Below, piece by piece: positions 20,566-30,431 of a stretch of 64,000 nucleotides of DNA. This DNA comes from Pseudomonadota bacterium (GTDB lineage: Bacteria > Pseudomonadota > Gammaproteobacteria > JAKAQQ01): positions 1 to 64,000 of the forward strand of contig DAHVLZ010000019.1 of the NCBI GenBank assembly GCA_027320085.1. The letters run 5' to 3'. The notes under the pieces were generated by a model. That model was not told the origin of the DNA, ran no database searches, and was given only the letters and a program-made list of their open reading frames with translations. A program made the position numbers and the translations under genes. Numbering within the stretch: the first letter of the stretch is position 1; every line of letters begins with the position of its first letter.

Positions 20566-21819
20566 ATGTCCACTGATACACCCGCCCTGCGAGGCTCGTG
20601 GTTCCGCTGGAGTACCTTTTTCGCGGTCTTGGGACCTGGCTTGGTGGTCATGCTGGCCGATACCGATGTCGGCAGTGTCATTACGGCGGCCCAGAGCGGC
20701 GCACAGTGGGGCTACAGGCTCCTTCTTCTTCAGTTCCTTCTGGTCCCGGTGCTTTACCTCGTCCAGGAACTCACCGTTCGTCTGGGTATCTTTACCGGCA
20801 AGGGACATGGGGAGCTCATTCGGGAGACCTTCGGGGCCTCGTGGGCCTATCTTTCAGTCGTGGGACTGAGTGTGGCCTGCACCGGGGCACTGCTCACCGA
20901 GTTTTCGGGCGTGGCGGGTGTGAGTCACCTCTATGGCCTGCCACGTCTCGTCGGAGTCGGGCTTGCGGCGGCCGTGCTCCTGGTTGTGGTCTGGACCGGC
21001 TCCTACCGCCGGGTGGAACGTGTGGCCTTGGCCATGGGCCTGTTCGAGCTGGTTTTTTTCGGCATTGCCTGGGCCAGCCACCCGAGCCTTCACGCGCTCA
21101 TGATGGGCCTCACGCACGTGCCGCTGGAGCGCCCGGACTACATGGTGCTCGTCGCCGCCAATATAGGTGCGGTGATCATGCCGTGGATGGTGTTTTACCA
21201 GCAGTCGGCCGTTGCGGACAAGGGATTGAAGCCGGGTCAGTACCGAGAAGCTCGCCTGGATACGGCCATCGGGGCGGTCATCACGCAGCTGATCATGGGG
21301 GCTGTGCTGGTCGCCACGGCGGCCACCATCGGCCACCGCAACCCGGAGGCCCCCCTCAATACCGTCCACCAGCTCTCTCAGGCGTTTGTTCCCTTTCTGG
21401 GTATTGGCTGGGGACGGGTGGTCTTTTCCGTTGGCATCTTGGGTGCCAGCATGGTTGCCAGTATCGTGATTTCGCTGGCCGGCGCCTGGGGATGGGGGGA
21501 GGTCACGGGTTTCAAGCACTCGCTTGAGCATCAGCCCCGGGAGGCGCCCTGGTTTTATGCAATCTACTCGATGATCGTGATTGCGGGAGCCGTGACCGTG
21601 GTGACGGTGCCGAATCTTGTCGTGATGGATATCGCGGTTGAGGTCATGAACGCCTTCCTGCTTCCCCTGGTCTTGGGTTTTCTGGTGGTGTTGGCGATCC
21701 GGGCGTTGCCGCAGGGACACCGGATTTCGGGGGGGTATTTCTGGCTGGTGGCCCTGGTCGTGACCGTGACGGCGACCCTCGGGGTCTATGGCGGAATCAT
21801 CAGCATCCCGGGCTGGTAG
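20566..21819 (+). CDS. NRAMP-related divalent cation transporter (NRMT/Mg2+-type motifs)
   Basis: LGPGLVVMLADTDVG instead of DPGN; QELTVRLG...GHGELI; GAVIMPWMVFYQQS; about 11 TM segments; GAGGA RBS 5 nt before ATG 20566. Confidence 0.85.
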   Translation: MSTDTPALRGSWFRWSTFFAVLGPGLVVMLADTDVGSVITAAQSGAQWGYRLLLLQFLLVPVLYLVQELTVRLGIFTGKGHGELIRETFGASWAYLSVVGLSVACTGALLTEFSGVAGVSHLYGLPRLVGVGLAAAVLLVVVWTGSYRRVERVALAMGLFELVFFGIAWASHPSLHALMMGLTHVPLERPDYMVLVAANIGAVIMPWMVFYQQSAVADKGLKPGQYREARLDTAIGAVITQLIMGAVLVATAATIGHRNPEAPLNTVHQLSQAFVPFLGIGWGRVVFSVGILGASMVASIVISLAGAWGWGEVTGFKHSLEHQPREAPWFYAIYSMIVIAGAVTVVTVPNLVVMDIAVEVMNAFLLPLVLGFLVVLAIRALPQGHRISGGYFWLVALVVTVTATLGVYGGIISIPGW

Positions 21820-21924
21820 CAGGGTCTGCCGGGGCCTGCCCAAGGCCTTCCGCCTGCGGGGCGCCGACGGATCCGTCGCCCCGCTCATCCGGCCGGGAGA
21901 AGATGGCTGTGCAGGCCGTGCCCT
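21756..21924 (+). repeat. Left copy of 169-bp diverged direct repeat
   Basis: Aligns without gaps to 23434-23602 with about 19 mismatches by manual count. Confidence 0.93.
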
Positions 21925-22061
21925 TATGAAGTCCGCGGCAAGACTGCTCTTTTTGTGGCGAGCGATGTCCCCACACATGGCCTTCGCACGACATTCTGGG
22001 ACCAGGCATCGCTGACGCGCCTGTGGATGCGGAGATGTGCAGCCAGCCAATCGGTCGCATA

Positions 22062-23270
22062 TCAGCCTGCCTTCTCCGGGAACAACCCTGGCATCCATCG
22101 GGACGCGAGCGCCGCCGGGAAAGCAAGACAAAGTGGCGCGCGCGTGCTCTCCGATGTAACCACGCCGCGCTCGACGAGCGCGGAGACAACGCGGCGGGCT
22201 TGGCGCTCGCCCGTGCCGATGATGGTGGCAGCGTCGCCGCGCGGGAGTTCACCGCGATAGAGCAGTGCTTCAAGAATGTTGTGAGCCTTGGGTGGCAGTT
22301 TGTTCAGGTGCACTTCTTCGTCGACCCAGGTGAGAATGCGGGTGCGAAGCTGATCGGGCTGCATCAGCCCTTCCATGAATTTCACCTGATCGAGGCAGGT
22401 GGTCAGGAAGAATTTCGTGAACTCGATGAGGCTCTCCTCGCTGAGGTTGCCGCGTCCGTCGAGATCATTGCGGCGGGGCAAGTCACAGGCGGCGAGGTGT
22501 CCCTTGTATTCGTTGACGTGACGCGCAAGGCCACGCGCGATTGACCAGACGGCGCCGGTGTCGAGCGTATGGAGGAGGGTTGCATGCGAGACAAGACGCG
22601 CGACGCGTCCATTGCCGTCGAGGAACGGATGGATCCACGCAAGGCGATGGTGTGCCGCCGCTGTCGCTATGATGGTCTCTGTTCTACCAAGCCTTGAATA
22701 GACTTCCTCGTAGCGCTTCAAGAAGCGGGGTACGGCGGGCGCGCTAACAGGGATATGACGCCCGACGGAGACATCGCGATGGCGCAGCTCGCCGGGCACG
22801 ACTTCGATCTTCTCCTTCGTCCCTGGATCTTCGACCCATCGCAGGTCTTCCGGCAGTTGCTCGCAAAAACACCGGTGGATTTCGAGGATGGAATCCACTG
22901 CCGTAGCAGGGCTCCTGAGCCCACCCCCCTCGATCCAGTGTTGTACGGCAATATGAGCCTTCGCCTCATGCTGGAGATCGCGCTTCCCGGCATCCTTGCT
23001 GTAATCCCCTTTAAGTGCGCGCTCGATGTCGATTGGGTGGGTGTCGTGGCCTTCGATTAGGTTGCTGTAGTAGCAGTTCATCGCCCGGACGAGATCGGCG
23101 AGCGAGCTGAGCAGGCGGTTGGGCAAGGAGCGGCGAAAGCCGGCGCTCTTGGCTGCCAGTTCGACCGCCAGGTCCGTGAGTTCGGGCCGGTGCCTGGAGC
23201 CGCCACCGATCAACAGCGGCTCCATCGCGGAGACGTTTTCACCCTGGTCTTCGGCCGCTTTTATGTCCAC
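22062..23270 (-). CDS. Fic-family protein (N-terminal autoinhibitory motif, probable C-terminal HTH)
   Basis: HPFLDGNGRVAR catalytic motif; SNLIEG matches (S/T)xxxE(G/N). Confidence 0.92.
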   Translation of the reverse strand: MDIKAAEDQGENVSAMEPLLIGGGSRHRPELTDLAVELAAKSAGFRRSLPNRLLSSLADLVRAMNCYYSNLIEGHDTHPIDIERALKGDYSKDAGKRDLQHEAKAHIAVQHWIEGGGLRSPATAVDSILEIHRCFCEQLPEDLRWVEDPGTKEKIEVVPGELRHRDVSVGRHIPVSAPAVPRFLKRYEEVYSRLGRTETIIATAAAHHRLAWIHPFLDGNGRVARLVSHATLLHTLDTGAVWSIARGLARHVNEYKGHLAACDLPRRNDLDGRGNLSEESLIEFTKFFLTTCLDQVKFMEGLMQPDQLRTRILTWVDEEVHLNKLPPKAHNILEALLYRGELPRGDAATIIGTGERQARRVVSALVERGVVTSESTRAPLCLAFPAALASRWMPGLFPEKAG

Positions 23271-23433
23271 TTATATATCCTGTTTATCATTCATAAGAAT
23301 ACATTATACATCAATAAATTAGTGTACTAAAATCTCGGTATAGGACCACATAAAAGTCCGGTTGTAAGTCCGGTTTAGATGGACCTTATTGTGGCCAAAG
23401 TCAATGGCTTGTCGGGGTGGTGCTGGCGGTCCG

Positions 23434-23602
23434 GGTCGTGACCGTGACGGCGACCCTCGGGGCCTGTGGCGGAATCATCAGCATCCCGGGCTGGTAGCAG
23501 GGTCTGCGGAGTCCTGGTCAGGGCTTTCTGCCTGCGGTGCGCCGGCGGGGGCCTCGCTCAGCTCATCCGGTCGGGAGAAGATGGCTGTGCAGGCCGTGCC
23601 CT
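23434..23602 (+). repeat. Right copy of 169-bp diverged direct repeat
   Basis: Aligns to 21756-21924; contains the true 3' end of the YyaL-like gene. Confidence 0.93.
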
Positions 23603-25592
23603 CGCATAGGTAAAGACGCCCTTCCCCCGGTGCGTATGCCGGAAGGGCCAGATCGTCTCCGGTTGGCTCATCGGGGCCGGGTGCGAAGACTGGCAGGTTT
23701 TTTGAATAACGTTGGCGAATGAGGGTCAGCCACCGCGACCGATTCTCGGGCGCACTCCGAAGAAGCAGGAAGGAGGGTGGCGAGTCGGCTTGGCACTGGC
23801 TCAGGATCAGTCCGAGGTGGGGGGCCGGTGCCGCACGGGCGTGGGGGCGCCCGGCGGCCAAGCCCCGGAGTGCCGCGTCCTGGTAGCGCGATCGTCCGGA
23901 AAGCCGGGAAAGGGACAGGAGTGCCCGGCAAGCGATCGCATTGGCTGCCGGGGCTGAATCGTCAGCCCAGGTTTTGAGCCGGATGAGCGGGGTCGGCTGG
24001 TCGTGGGCGGTGAACCAGAAACCGCCTCCCGACGGGTCCTCAAAGCGTTCGAGAAGCTGGTCGGCCAGGACCAGTGCCCATTCGTACCCGCGGGTCTCCC
24101 ACCGCGTGCCCAGCAGCTCGATCAGTCCTTGAAGCACATACGCATGATCCGGCAGGAAGGCTGGCCCTCCCGGGTTTCCCTGGTGGACGCTGCTCATGAG
24201 CCGGTTGTCCTGGACCAGGGCGGTTGCGAGGAAATGGCTGCAGCGGATGGCCATCTCGACCCAGTCAGGCCGATCGAGCAAGCGTCCCGCATGGGCCAGT
24301 GCCCACAGCGCGAGTCCGTTCGATGAAGCACGGATTTTGTCGTCTCGAGCGGGGGATCCGCGCTGTTTGCGGGCCTGGAAGAGTCGAAGACGGGCACTTT
24401 CGAGGAGTGCCTCCTGGTTTCCCCGGATCCGCCCATCCCATTCCGGGGACAGGGGTTGCGACAGGTGCCAGCGGTCCTCGAAGTTGGGCGACCGATCGAG
24501 TCCCCAGGCCGGTTCAGCGACGGCCCATTCCGCCGGGGTCAGGAGACGTTGGACCTCGGCCCGGTCCCAGAGATAGTAGCGGCCCTCCCCACCGGGACTA
24601 TCCGCATCGAGACTGCTGTAGAACCCGCCCTCCGGGGCACGCATGTCGCGGGCCAGCCAGTCCACGAGCGAGGCGGCGGTCCGGGCATGGGTGGGCTGTC
24701 CGGTCAGGACACTCGCATCTGCGTAAAGGGCCAGTAGAAGGGCATTGTCGTCGAGCATTTTCTCGAAGTGGGGGATTTGCCAGTCGGCATCCACGCAGTA
24801 GCGGAAGAACCCTCCTCCGATCTGGTCCCACAGGCCGCCTCGGGTCATGGCGGCCAGGCTTTGGTCAATGAGCGGACGGATCCGGGAAGGAGCTTCCGGG
24901 TCCGGCGAGGGGACGGCGAGCCGTTCGAGGAGAAAAGCGAGAGCGGTGGGATGGGGAAATTTGGGTGCATCGCCAAACCCACCAAAGCGCCGGTCGAAAT
25001 CACCTTCCAGTTCGGTTTGTGCGACCGCGGCCAGATCGGCCTCCGCCGGGATGGATCCGGCAGACGGGGAGGGGTTTGAGGCCAGGCTCGCGAAAGCGGT
25101 CTGGATTCTTTCGGTCAGGCGTTTCCAGTCGCCGGTCTGTTCACGGTAATACCGGGCCAGGGTCAGGATGATCTCCCCAAATCCGGGCAGCCCGTAACGC
25201 GGTTCGCGGGGGAAGTAGGTTCCTGCAAAAAAAGGGGTCAGCTGGTCGGGTTCGACGAAGACGGACAGCGGCCATCCGCCCGGACGGCCGGTGAGCCAGC
25301 GATGGGCCGTCTGGTAGATGTGGTCAAGGTCCGGTCGCAGCTCCCGATCGATCTTGATGTTCAGGAAAGAGTCGTTGAGCAGGGCGGCAATATCCGGATC
25401 CGCGAAGCACTCCTCGGCCATCACATGGCACCAGTGGCAGGCGGCGTAACCAATCGAGAGGAAAATCGGTTTCCGTTCCGCCCGTGCCCGGGCCAATGCC
25501 GCCTCCCCGTAGGGGTACCAGTCGACCGGCTGGTCTGCGTGTTGCAGGAGATAAGCACTGGCCTGCCCGGCGAGGTGATTCATGACGGGCAC
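23478..25592 (-). CDS. YyaL/DUF255 thioredoxin-domain protein
   Basis: SAYLLQHADQPVDWYP, IGYAACHWCHVM, GGWPL, PHFEKML.DNA, RDDKI. Confidence 0.92.
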   Translation of the reverse strand: MPVMNHLAGQASAYLLQHADQPVDWYPYGEAALARARAERKPIFLSIGYAACHWCHVMAEECFADPDIAALLNDSFLNIKIDRELRPDLDHIYQTAHRWLTGRPGGWPLSVFVEPDQLTPFFAGTYFPREPRYGLPGFGEIILTLARYYREQTGDWKRLTERIQTAFASLASNPSPSAGSIPAEADLAAVAQTELEGDFDRRFGGFGDAPKFPHPTALAFLLERLAVPSPDPEAPSRIRPLIDQSLAAMTRGGLWDQIGGGFFRYCVDADWQIPHFEKMLDDNALLLALYADASVLTGQPTHARTAASLVDWLARDMRAPEGGFYSSLDADSPGGEGRYYLWDRAEVQRLLTPAEWAVAEPAWGLDRSPNFEDRWHLSQPLSPEWDGRIRGNQEALLESARLRLFQARKQRGSPARDDKIRASSNGLALWALAHAGRLLDRPDWVEMAIRCSHFLATALVQDNRLMSSVHQGNPGGPAFLPDHAYVLQGLIELLGTRWETRGYEWALVLADQLLERFEDPSGGGFWFTAHDQPTPLIRLKTWADDSAPAANAIACRALLSLSRLSGRSRYQDAALRGLAAGRPHARAAPAPHLGLILSQCQADSPPSFLLLRSAPENRSRWLTLIRQRYSKNLPVFAPGPDEPTGDDLALPAYAPGEGRLYLCEGTACTAIFSRPDELSEAPAGAPQAESPDQDSADPATSPGC

Positions 25593-25635
25593 TCCGGGCT
25601 CTTCCTGGTGTCGGCCCCGTCGGAGCGCGGGAGAC

Positions 25636-25959
25636 TCAATCCTCGAGCCACCGGCGTTTGTCCGTCATGTTGCGCCACTGGTCGGCATCCGGAAGCCCGG
25701 GTTGTCGCCGGGTGATCCGGGGCCAGAGTTTTGCCATGCGCGCATTGAGCCCAAGGAAATTCTTCTGGGCATCGGGCAGGAGGTCCGCGTGGAGAATGGC
25801 TCCGACCGGACAGGCCGCAACGCACAGACCGCAATCGATGCAGGTCTCGGGATCGATGGCCACGAAGATCGGGCCGAGGTGAAAGCAGTCGACCGGGCAG
25901 TCTTCGACGCAGTCCGTATACCGGCAGCGGATACAGGGCTCGGTGACGACATGGGTCAT
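25636..25959 (-). CDS. fdxA: 7Fe-type ferredoxin (FdxA family)
   Basis: MTHVVTEPCIRCRYTDCVEDCPVDCF...CIDCGLC...CP. Confidence 0.88.
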   Translation of the reverse strand: MTHVVTEPCIRCRYTDCVEDCPVDCFHLGPIFVAIDPETCIDCGLCVAACPVGAILHADLLPDAQKNFLGLNARMAKLWPRITRRQPGLPDADQWRNMTDKRRWLED

Positions 25960-26012
25960 GAGGGCGTCTCCCGGCGCGAACGGGACCCGGATTTGGGCCC
26001 ACCTCCGTGAGG

Positions 26013-26088
26013 TGGCGCTCCCTAGGGGATTCGAACCCCTGTTTTCGCCGTGAGAGGGCGACGTCCTGGGCCTCTAGACGAAGGGAGC
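26013..26088 (-). tRNA. tRNA-Glu(CTC)
   Basis: Minus strand GCTCCCTTCGTCTAG...TCGCC-CTCTCAC-GGCGA...GGTTCGAATCC...GGGAGCGCCA. Confidence 0.95.
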
Positions 26089-26153
26089 CGTGGAAATCAC
26101 GGGCAGGGACCAGAACTTGCTATTATAGATGAATCACCCCGTAGCAGGCTGCG

Positions 26154-27464
26154 GTGCACGAAAGAAAAAACCATCCGGGATCCGAGGCCACTGAACCTGT
26201 CGTTATCCCGCGGACGGAGCACCGTCTTGATCCGGGTCAGATTTCAACGTCTGCTCTCCATGTCGTGCATCGACTGGTCGATCAGGGATTTGTCGCTTAC
26301 GTGGTCGGAGGGGGTGTTCGGGACCTTCTGCTGGGTATTCCACCCAAGGATTTTGACGTGGCCACCAATGCCCGTCCGGAAGATGTCCGGCGCCTGTTTC
26401 GGCATAGTCGCATCATTGGGCGGCGTTTCCGGCTGGTGCACGTGTTTTTCGGCCAGGAGATCGTGGAGGTCGCAACTTTCCGGCGGGGCAGTCCGGGGAC
26501 GGTTCGGTCACACCCCCAGTTCGAGGCGACCGCCTCCGGCCGCCTGCTGCGCGACAATCTCTACGGCAGTGAGCAGGAGGATGCCTTCCGGCGTGACTTT
26601 ACCCTGAACGCGCTTTACTTCGACGCCGTTCAGGAGACCATCCGGGACTGGGTGGGCGGGTTCGATGACCTCCGAGACGGGATTATCCGGCTCATTGGCG
26701 ATCCCGAAGCGCGTTATCGTGAAGACCCGGTGCGAATGCTGCGTGCGGTGCGTTTCCAGGCCAAAACGAATTTCCCGCTGGAGGCGGCAACAGCCGCCCC
26801 CATTGCCCGTCTTGCCGCCCTGCTCACGACGGTGCCTCCCGCGCGCCTGTTCGAGGAGACCGGAAAGTTGATGCTGTTCGGCCAGGGCCTCCGGAACTTC
26901 AACGGGCTGGTCAATCAGGGACTCTTCAAGACCCTGTTTCCCTGGACGGCGGAGTGGCTGGCGACCGATGGGCAGGGCATTCACCATGCACTCATCGAAC
27001 GGGTACTTCGGGTCACGGATGAAGCGCCTCGCGAGATGGCGGATCGCTCGTTCACCTTCATTCTCTCCGGGTTTTTCTGGGGGCCGGCCCGCCAGTACAT
27101 GCACTGGCATGTCAACGAGGGGATGGACCGCGTTGCGGCCATGCGCCGGGCCCTTCAGGTCATCATGCGCGAGCAGCAAAAACACGTCTCGATTCCGCGT
27201 CGCATCCTGGATCCGGTTGAATCCCTCCTGGTTCACCAGATCCGGCTGGATCAGGGAACCGCGCAACCCGCTGCGAGCCACCTGATTCACCATCCGGCCT
27301 TCGCCACGAGCCTGGACTTCCTCCGGCTGCGCGCCGACATCGGGGATGCATCGGCCGATCTCGAGGCCCTCTGGCGGGATTATGCGGCGAGCGCCCCCGC
27401 GGAGGAGCCGGTTTCGGGTCCCGCCCGCATCCGTCGTCGTCGCCGTCCCCGACGCACCCTGTGA
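26154..27464 (+). CDS. pcnB: Poly(A) polymerase I
   Basis: VGGGVRD, KDFDVAT, IIGRRFRLVHV signature, RRDFTLN, EDPVRMLR, Arg-rich tail. Confidence 0.95.
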   Translation: MHERKNHPGSEATEPVVIPRTEHRLDPGQISTSALHVVHRLVDQGFVAYVVGGGVRDLLLGIPPKDFDVATNARPEDVRRLFRHSRIIGRRFRLVHVFFGQEIVEVATFRRGSPGTVRSHPQFEATASGRLLRDNLYGSEQEDAFRRDFTLNALYFDAVQETIRDWVGGFDDLRDGIIRLIGDPEARYREDPVRMLRAVRFQAKTNFPLEAATAAPIARLAALLTTVPPARLFEETGKLMLFGQGLRNFNGLVNQGLFKTLFPWTAEWLATDGQGIHHALIERVLRVTDEAPREMADRSFTFILSGFFWGPARQYMHWHVNEGMDRVAAMRRALQVIMREQQKHVSIPRRILDPVESLLVHQIRLDQGTAQPAASHLIHHPAFATSLDFLRLRADIGDASADLEALWRDYAASAPAEEPVSGPARIRRRRRPRRTL

Positions 27465-27476
27465 GGAAGCAGCGCC

Positions 27477-27980
27477 GTGGCGACGGCTTATGTCGGGCTG
27501 GGCAGTAATCTCAATGACCCGCCGCGGCAGATCAGCCTGGCGATTGCTGCGCTGAGGAACGCCACCGGGATCCGTTCCCTGCGCGTTTCTTCCTGTTATC
27601 GAAATCCGCCCTTCGATGGATCCGACCAGCCCGATTACTGCAATGCGGTCGCAGTGGTCGAAACTGCGCTTGAGGCGCGGGAGCTGCTCCGTGCTTGCCA
27701 GCGGATCGAGCAGGCCCAGGGACGGATCCGGGATGCGGTACGCTGGGGACCTCGTCCATTGGATCTCGATTTGTTGCTTTACGGCGACTGCGTGTCACAG
27801 GTTCCCGAATTGATCCTGCCCCACCCGGGTCTGGCACAACGCCCCTTTGTGCTTTATCCTCTCTTGGAACTTGATCCCGGTCTGGTCATTCCCGGGTGGG
27901 GCCCGGTCTCCGGGCTGGCCGCCCGGTGCGATGGGAGTCAACTTGAGCGCATCCCGCTTGACGGTTCCAACGCCTCCTGA
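27477..27980 (+). CDS. folK: HPPK (folate biosynthesis)
   Basis: YVGLGSNL, RWGPRPLDLDLL, LPHP. Confidence 0.95.
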   Translation: MATAYVGLGSNLNDPPRQISLAIAALRNATGIRSLRVSSCYRNPPFDGSDQPDYCNAVAVVETALEARELLRACQRIEQAQGRIRDAVRWGPRPLDLDLLLYGDCVSQVPELILPHPGLAQRPFVLYPLLELDPGLVIPGWGPVSGLAARCDGSQLERIPLDGSNAS

Positions 27981-28635
27981 TCACCGCTATCTCGTGGTGG
28001 AGGGACCGATCGGTGTCGGAAAAACCACGCTGGCGAGGCGTCTGGCCGAAACCTTCGGCGCTGAACCCTTGCTGGAGCAGGCCGACGAGAATCCCTTTCT
28101 CGAGCGCTTCTACCGGGATCCCCGACATAACGCGCTGCCGACCCAGCTGTTTTTCCTCTTCCAGCGGGCACGCGCCCTCGCGGGACTCAAGCAGGGAGAA
28201 CTCTTCCAACCGGTCCGGATCAGTGATTACCTGTTTGCCAAGGACCGCATCTTCGCCCAGCTCACGCTCGAGTCGGATGAACTCGCGCTCTATGACCAGG
28301 TTTACGAACGGCTGGCGGTCGGGCTGCCCAACCCGGATCTCGTGGTCTACCTGCAGGCTCCCCCCGAAGTCCTGGCCCGGCGGGTCGCCCGCCGGAACAT
28401 CGGCTATGAGCAGCTGATGCGGCGGGAGTATCTGGAACAGGTGGTGGCCGCCTATGCCCATTTTTTTCACCACTACGATGATTCCCCGCTGCTCATCGTG
28501 AATGCCAGCGAGATCAACCCGCTGGAACGGAAGGAGGATTACGAAAACCTGGTCCGGGAAATCGGCAAGGTTCGGGCAGGGCGCCATTTTTTCAATCCCA
28601 GCCCGGCGGCTGCACCTTTCGAGACCCTGGCATGA
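27958..28635 (+). CDS. Deoxynucleoside kinase family protein (start inferred)
   Basis: VVEGPIGVGKTT, NPFL..FY, QLFFLFQR, PDLVVYL. Confidence 0.9.
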   Translation: MTVPTPPDHRYLVVEGPIGVGKTTLARRLAETFGAEPLLEQADENPFLERFYRDPRHNALPTQLFFLFQRARALAGLKQGELFQPVRISDYLFAKDRIFAQLTLESDELALYDQVYERLAVGLPNPDLVVYLQAPPEVLARRVARRNIGYEQLMRREYLEQVVAAYAHFFHHYDDSPLLIVNASEINPLERKEDYENLVREIGKVRAGRHFFNPSPAAAPFETLA

Positions 28636-29471
28636 ACGGACCCTACGCGAGCCCTCGATCGGCTGCTTCCGGCGCGGCTGTGACCCTCCCCATGCTCCGG
28701 AAGCTGCGTCAGGCCGGCCAGCCCATCGTCTGTCTCACCGCCTATGATGCGAGTTTTGCCGCGATCTTGGACAAGGCCGGGATCGATCTCGTGCTGGTGG
28801 GCGATTCCCTGGGGATGGTGGTTCAGGGACATGCCAGCACGATTCCGGTCACGGTGGACCACATGGTTTACCACACCACGCTGGTGGCCCGTGCGCTGAA
28901 GCGGGCGTGGCTGGTCGCCGACCTGCCGTTTTTGAGTTACGCCGATCCGTCCCGGGCACTGGCCAGTGCCGGGCGTCTGCTCCAGGAGGCGGGGGCGAAG
29001 ATGGTCAAACTCGAGGGACATGCCGGCCAGGCGGCCATCGTCGAGGCACTCGCCACCAACGGGATTCCGGTTTGTGCCCACCTGGGCCTGCGCCCGCAGT
29101 CCGAATACAAGATCGGGGGGTTCCGTGCGGCGGGACGGAACCAGGTGGAGGCCGAAAAGATGCGCGAGGACGCGCGGCGTCTCGAGGAGGCGGGTGCTGA
29201 TCTCCTGCTGCTCGAGTGTGTGCCCTCATCACTGGCCGCGGAAATTACGCGAGCCGCACACGTTCCCGTGATCGGGATCGGCGCCGGGGCTTCCGTCGAT
29301 GGCCAGATCCTCGTGCTCTATGACATCGTGGGATTGAGCCAGGGCATTCGTCCCCGTTTCGTTGAAAACTTCCTGACCGGTGGACGTTCCATTGAGGAGG
29401 CCGTGACGGCCTATGCCGATGCGGTCCGGAACCGGACCTATCCCGAGCCACGGCATGGCTTTGAGTCCTGA
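28632..29471 (+). CDS. panB: Ketopantoate hydroxymethyltransferase
   Basis: LTAYD, LVGDSLG, ADLPF, IGIGAG..VDGQILV. Confidence 0.96.
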   Translation: MNGPYASPRSAASGAAVTLPMLRKLRQAGQPIVCLTAYDASFAAILDKAGIDLVLVGDSLGMVVQGHASTIPVTVDHMVYHTTLVARALKRAWLVADLPFLSYADPSRALASAGRLLQEAGAKMVKLEGHAGQAAIVEALATNGIPVCAHLGLRPQSEYKIGGFRAAGRNQVEAEKMREDARRLEEAGADLLLLECVPSSLAAEITRAAHVPVIGIGAGASVDGQILVLYDIVGLSQGIRPRFVENFLTGGRSIEEAVTAYADAVRNRTYPEPRHGFES

Positions 29472-29499
29472 ACCTTCAGTGACGGGGAGGGGCGAGCCT

Positions 29500-30405
29500 G
29501 TGCAGGAGGACCGGGTGACCGACCCGGGTGAGCGTCCTTTTGTCCGGGCACAGCATCGAGCAGGACTCCGCCGGCTGGTCCGGGAGTGGCAGGATGCCGG
29601 ACAGTCGGTGGCTTTCGTGCCGACCCTGGGCAACCTGCATGCTGGGCACCACCATCTGGTCGAGTCTGCCCGCTCGCTGGCACATCGCACGGTCGTGAGC
29701 GTGTTCGTGAATCCGACCCAGTTTGGCCCGGGAGAGGATTTCGACCGCTATCCGAGGACATACGAACGGGATCTCCAAGGGCTCGAGCGGCTCGGGGTCG
29801 ATGCGGTCTACACGCCCGATGTCGAGGACCTTTATCCCTTCGGGACCGTGGAAGCCGTCCAGGTGTCAGTCCCCCGTCTCTCCGAGATGCTGTGTGGGGC
29901 GTTCCGCCCGGGCCATTTTGACGGAGTGGCTGGGGTTGTCCTGCGTCTCCTTTTGGCGACTCGTCCGGATGTGGCCCTTTTCGGGGAAAAGGACTACCAG
30001 CAGTGCGTGCTCATCGGTCGGCTGGTGGCCGATCTCGGTCTTCCCGTCAGGATCCAGCGGATTCCGACCGTGCGCGAGCCCGATGGCTTGGCGCTGAGTT
30101 CACGCAATCAGTACCTCACGGCCGCGGAACGGCAGCGTGCACCGGAACTGTACCGGACGCTCATGGCCCTGTCCCGTGCGCTCAAGTCCGGTCGGCGGGA
30201 TTTTCCGGCCCTCGAGGCCGAGGCCGGACAACGGCTCGTGGACGCCGGATTTTCCCCGGATTACGTCGTCATCCGGACCGAGGAGAGCCTCGAGCCCCCC
30301 GATCCACAGGCCGGACCGGAAAACTGGCGTCTTTTGGCTGCCGCCCGTCTGGGCGAGACCCGGCTCATCGACAATCTCCAGGCCCATGCCGCTGGTTTAG
30401 AATAG
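29500..30405 (+). CDS. panC: Pantothenate synthetase (start inferred)
   Basis: [47 protein letters not shown]. Confidence 0.96.
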   Translation: MQEDRVTDPGERPFVRAQHRAGLRRLVREWQDAGQSVAFVPTLGNLHAGHHHLVESARSLAHRTVVSVFVNPTQFGPGEDFDRYPRTYERDLQGLERLGVDAVYTPDVEDLYPFGTVEAVQVSVPRLSEMLCGAFRPGHFDGVAGVVLRLLLATRPDVALFGEKDYQQCVLIGRLVADLGLPVRIQRIPTVREPDGLALSSRNQYLTAAERQRAPELYRTLMALSRALKSGRRDFPALEAEAGQRLVDAGFSPDYVVIRTEESLEPPDPQAGPENWRLLAAARLGETRLIDNLQAHAAGLE

Positions 30406-30431
30406 GCGCGTCCCGAGACGGGACCGGAGCC

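Noticed and set aside
21800-22273. 157-aa minus-strand ORF ending in a YyaL-like tail
   Set aside because: By-product of the duplicated segment, overlapping the Fic gene in another frame.
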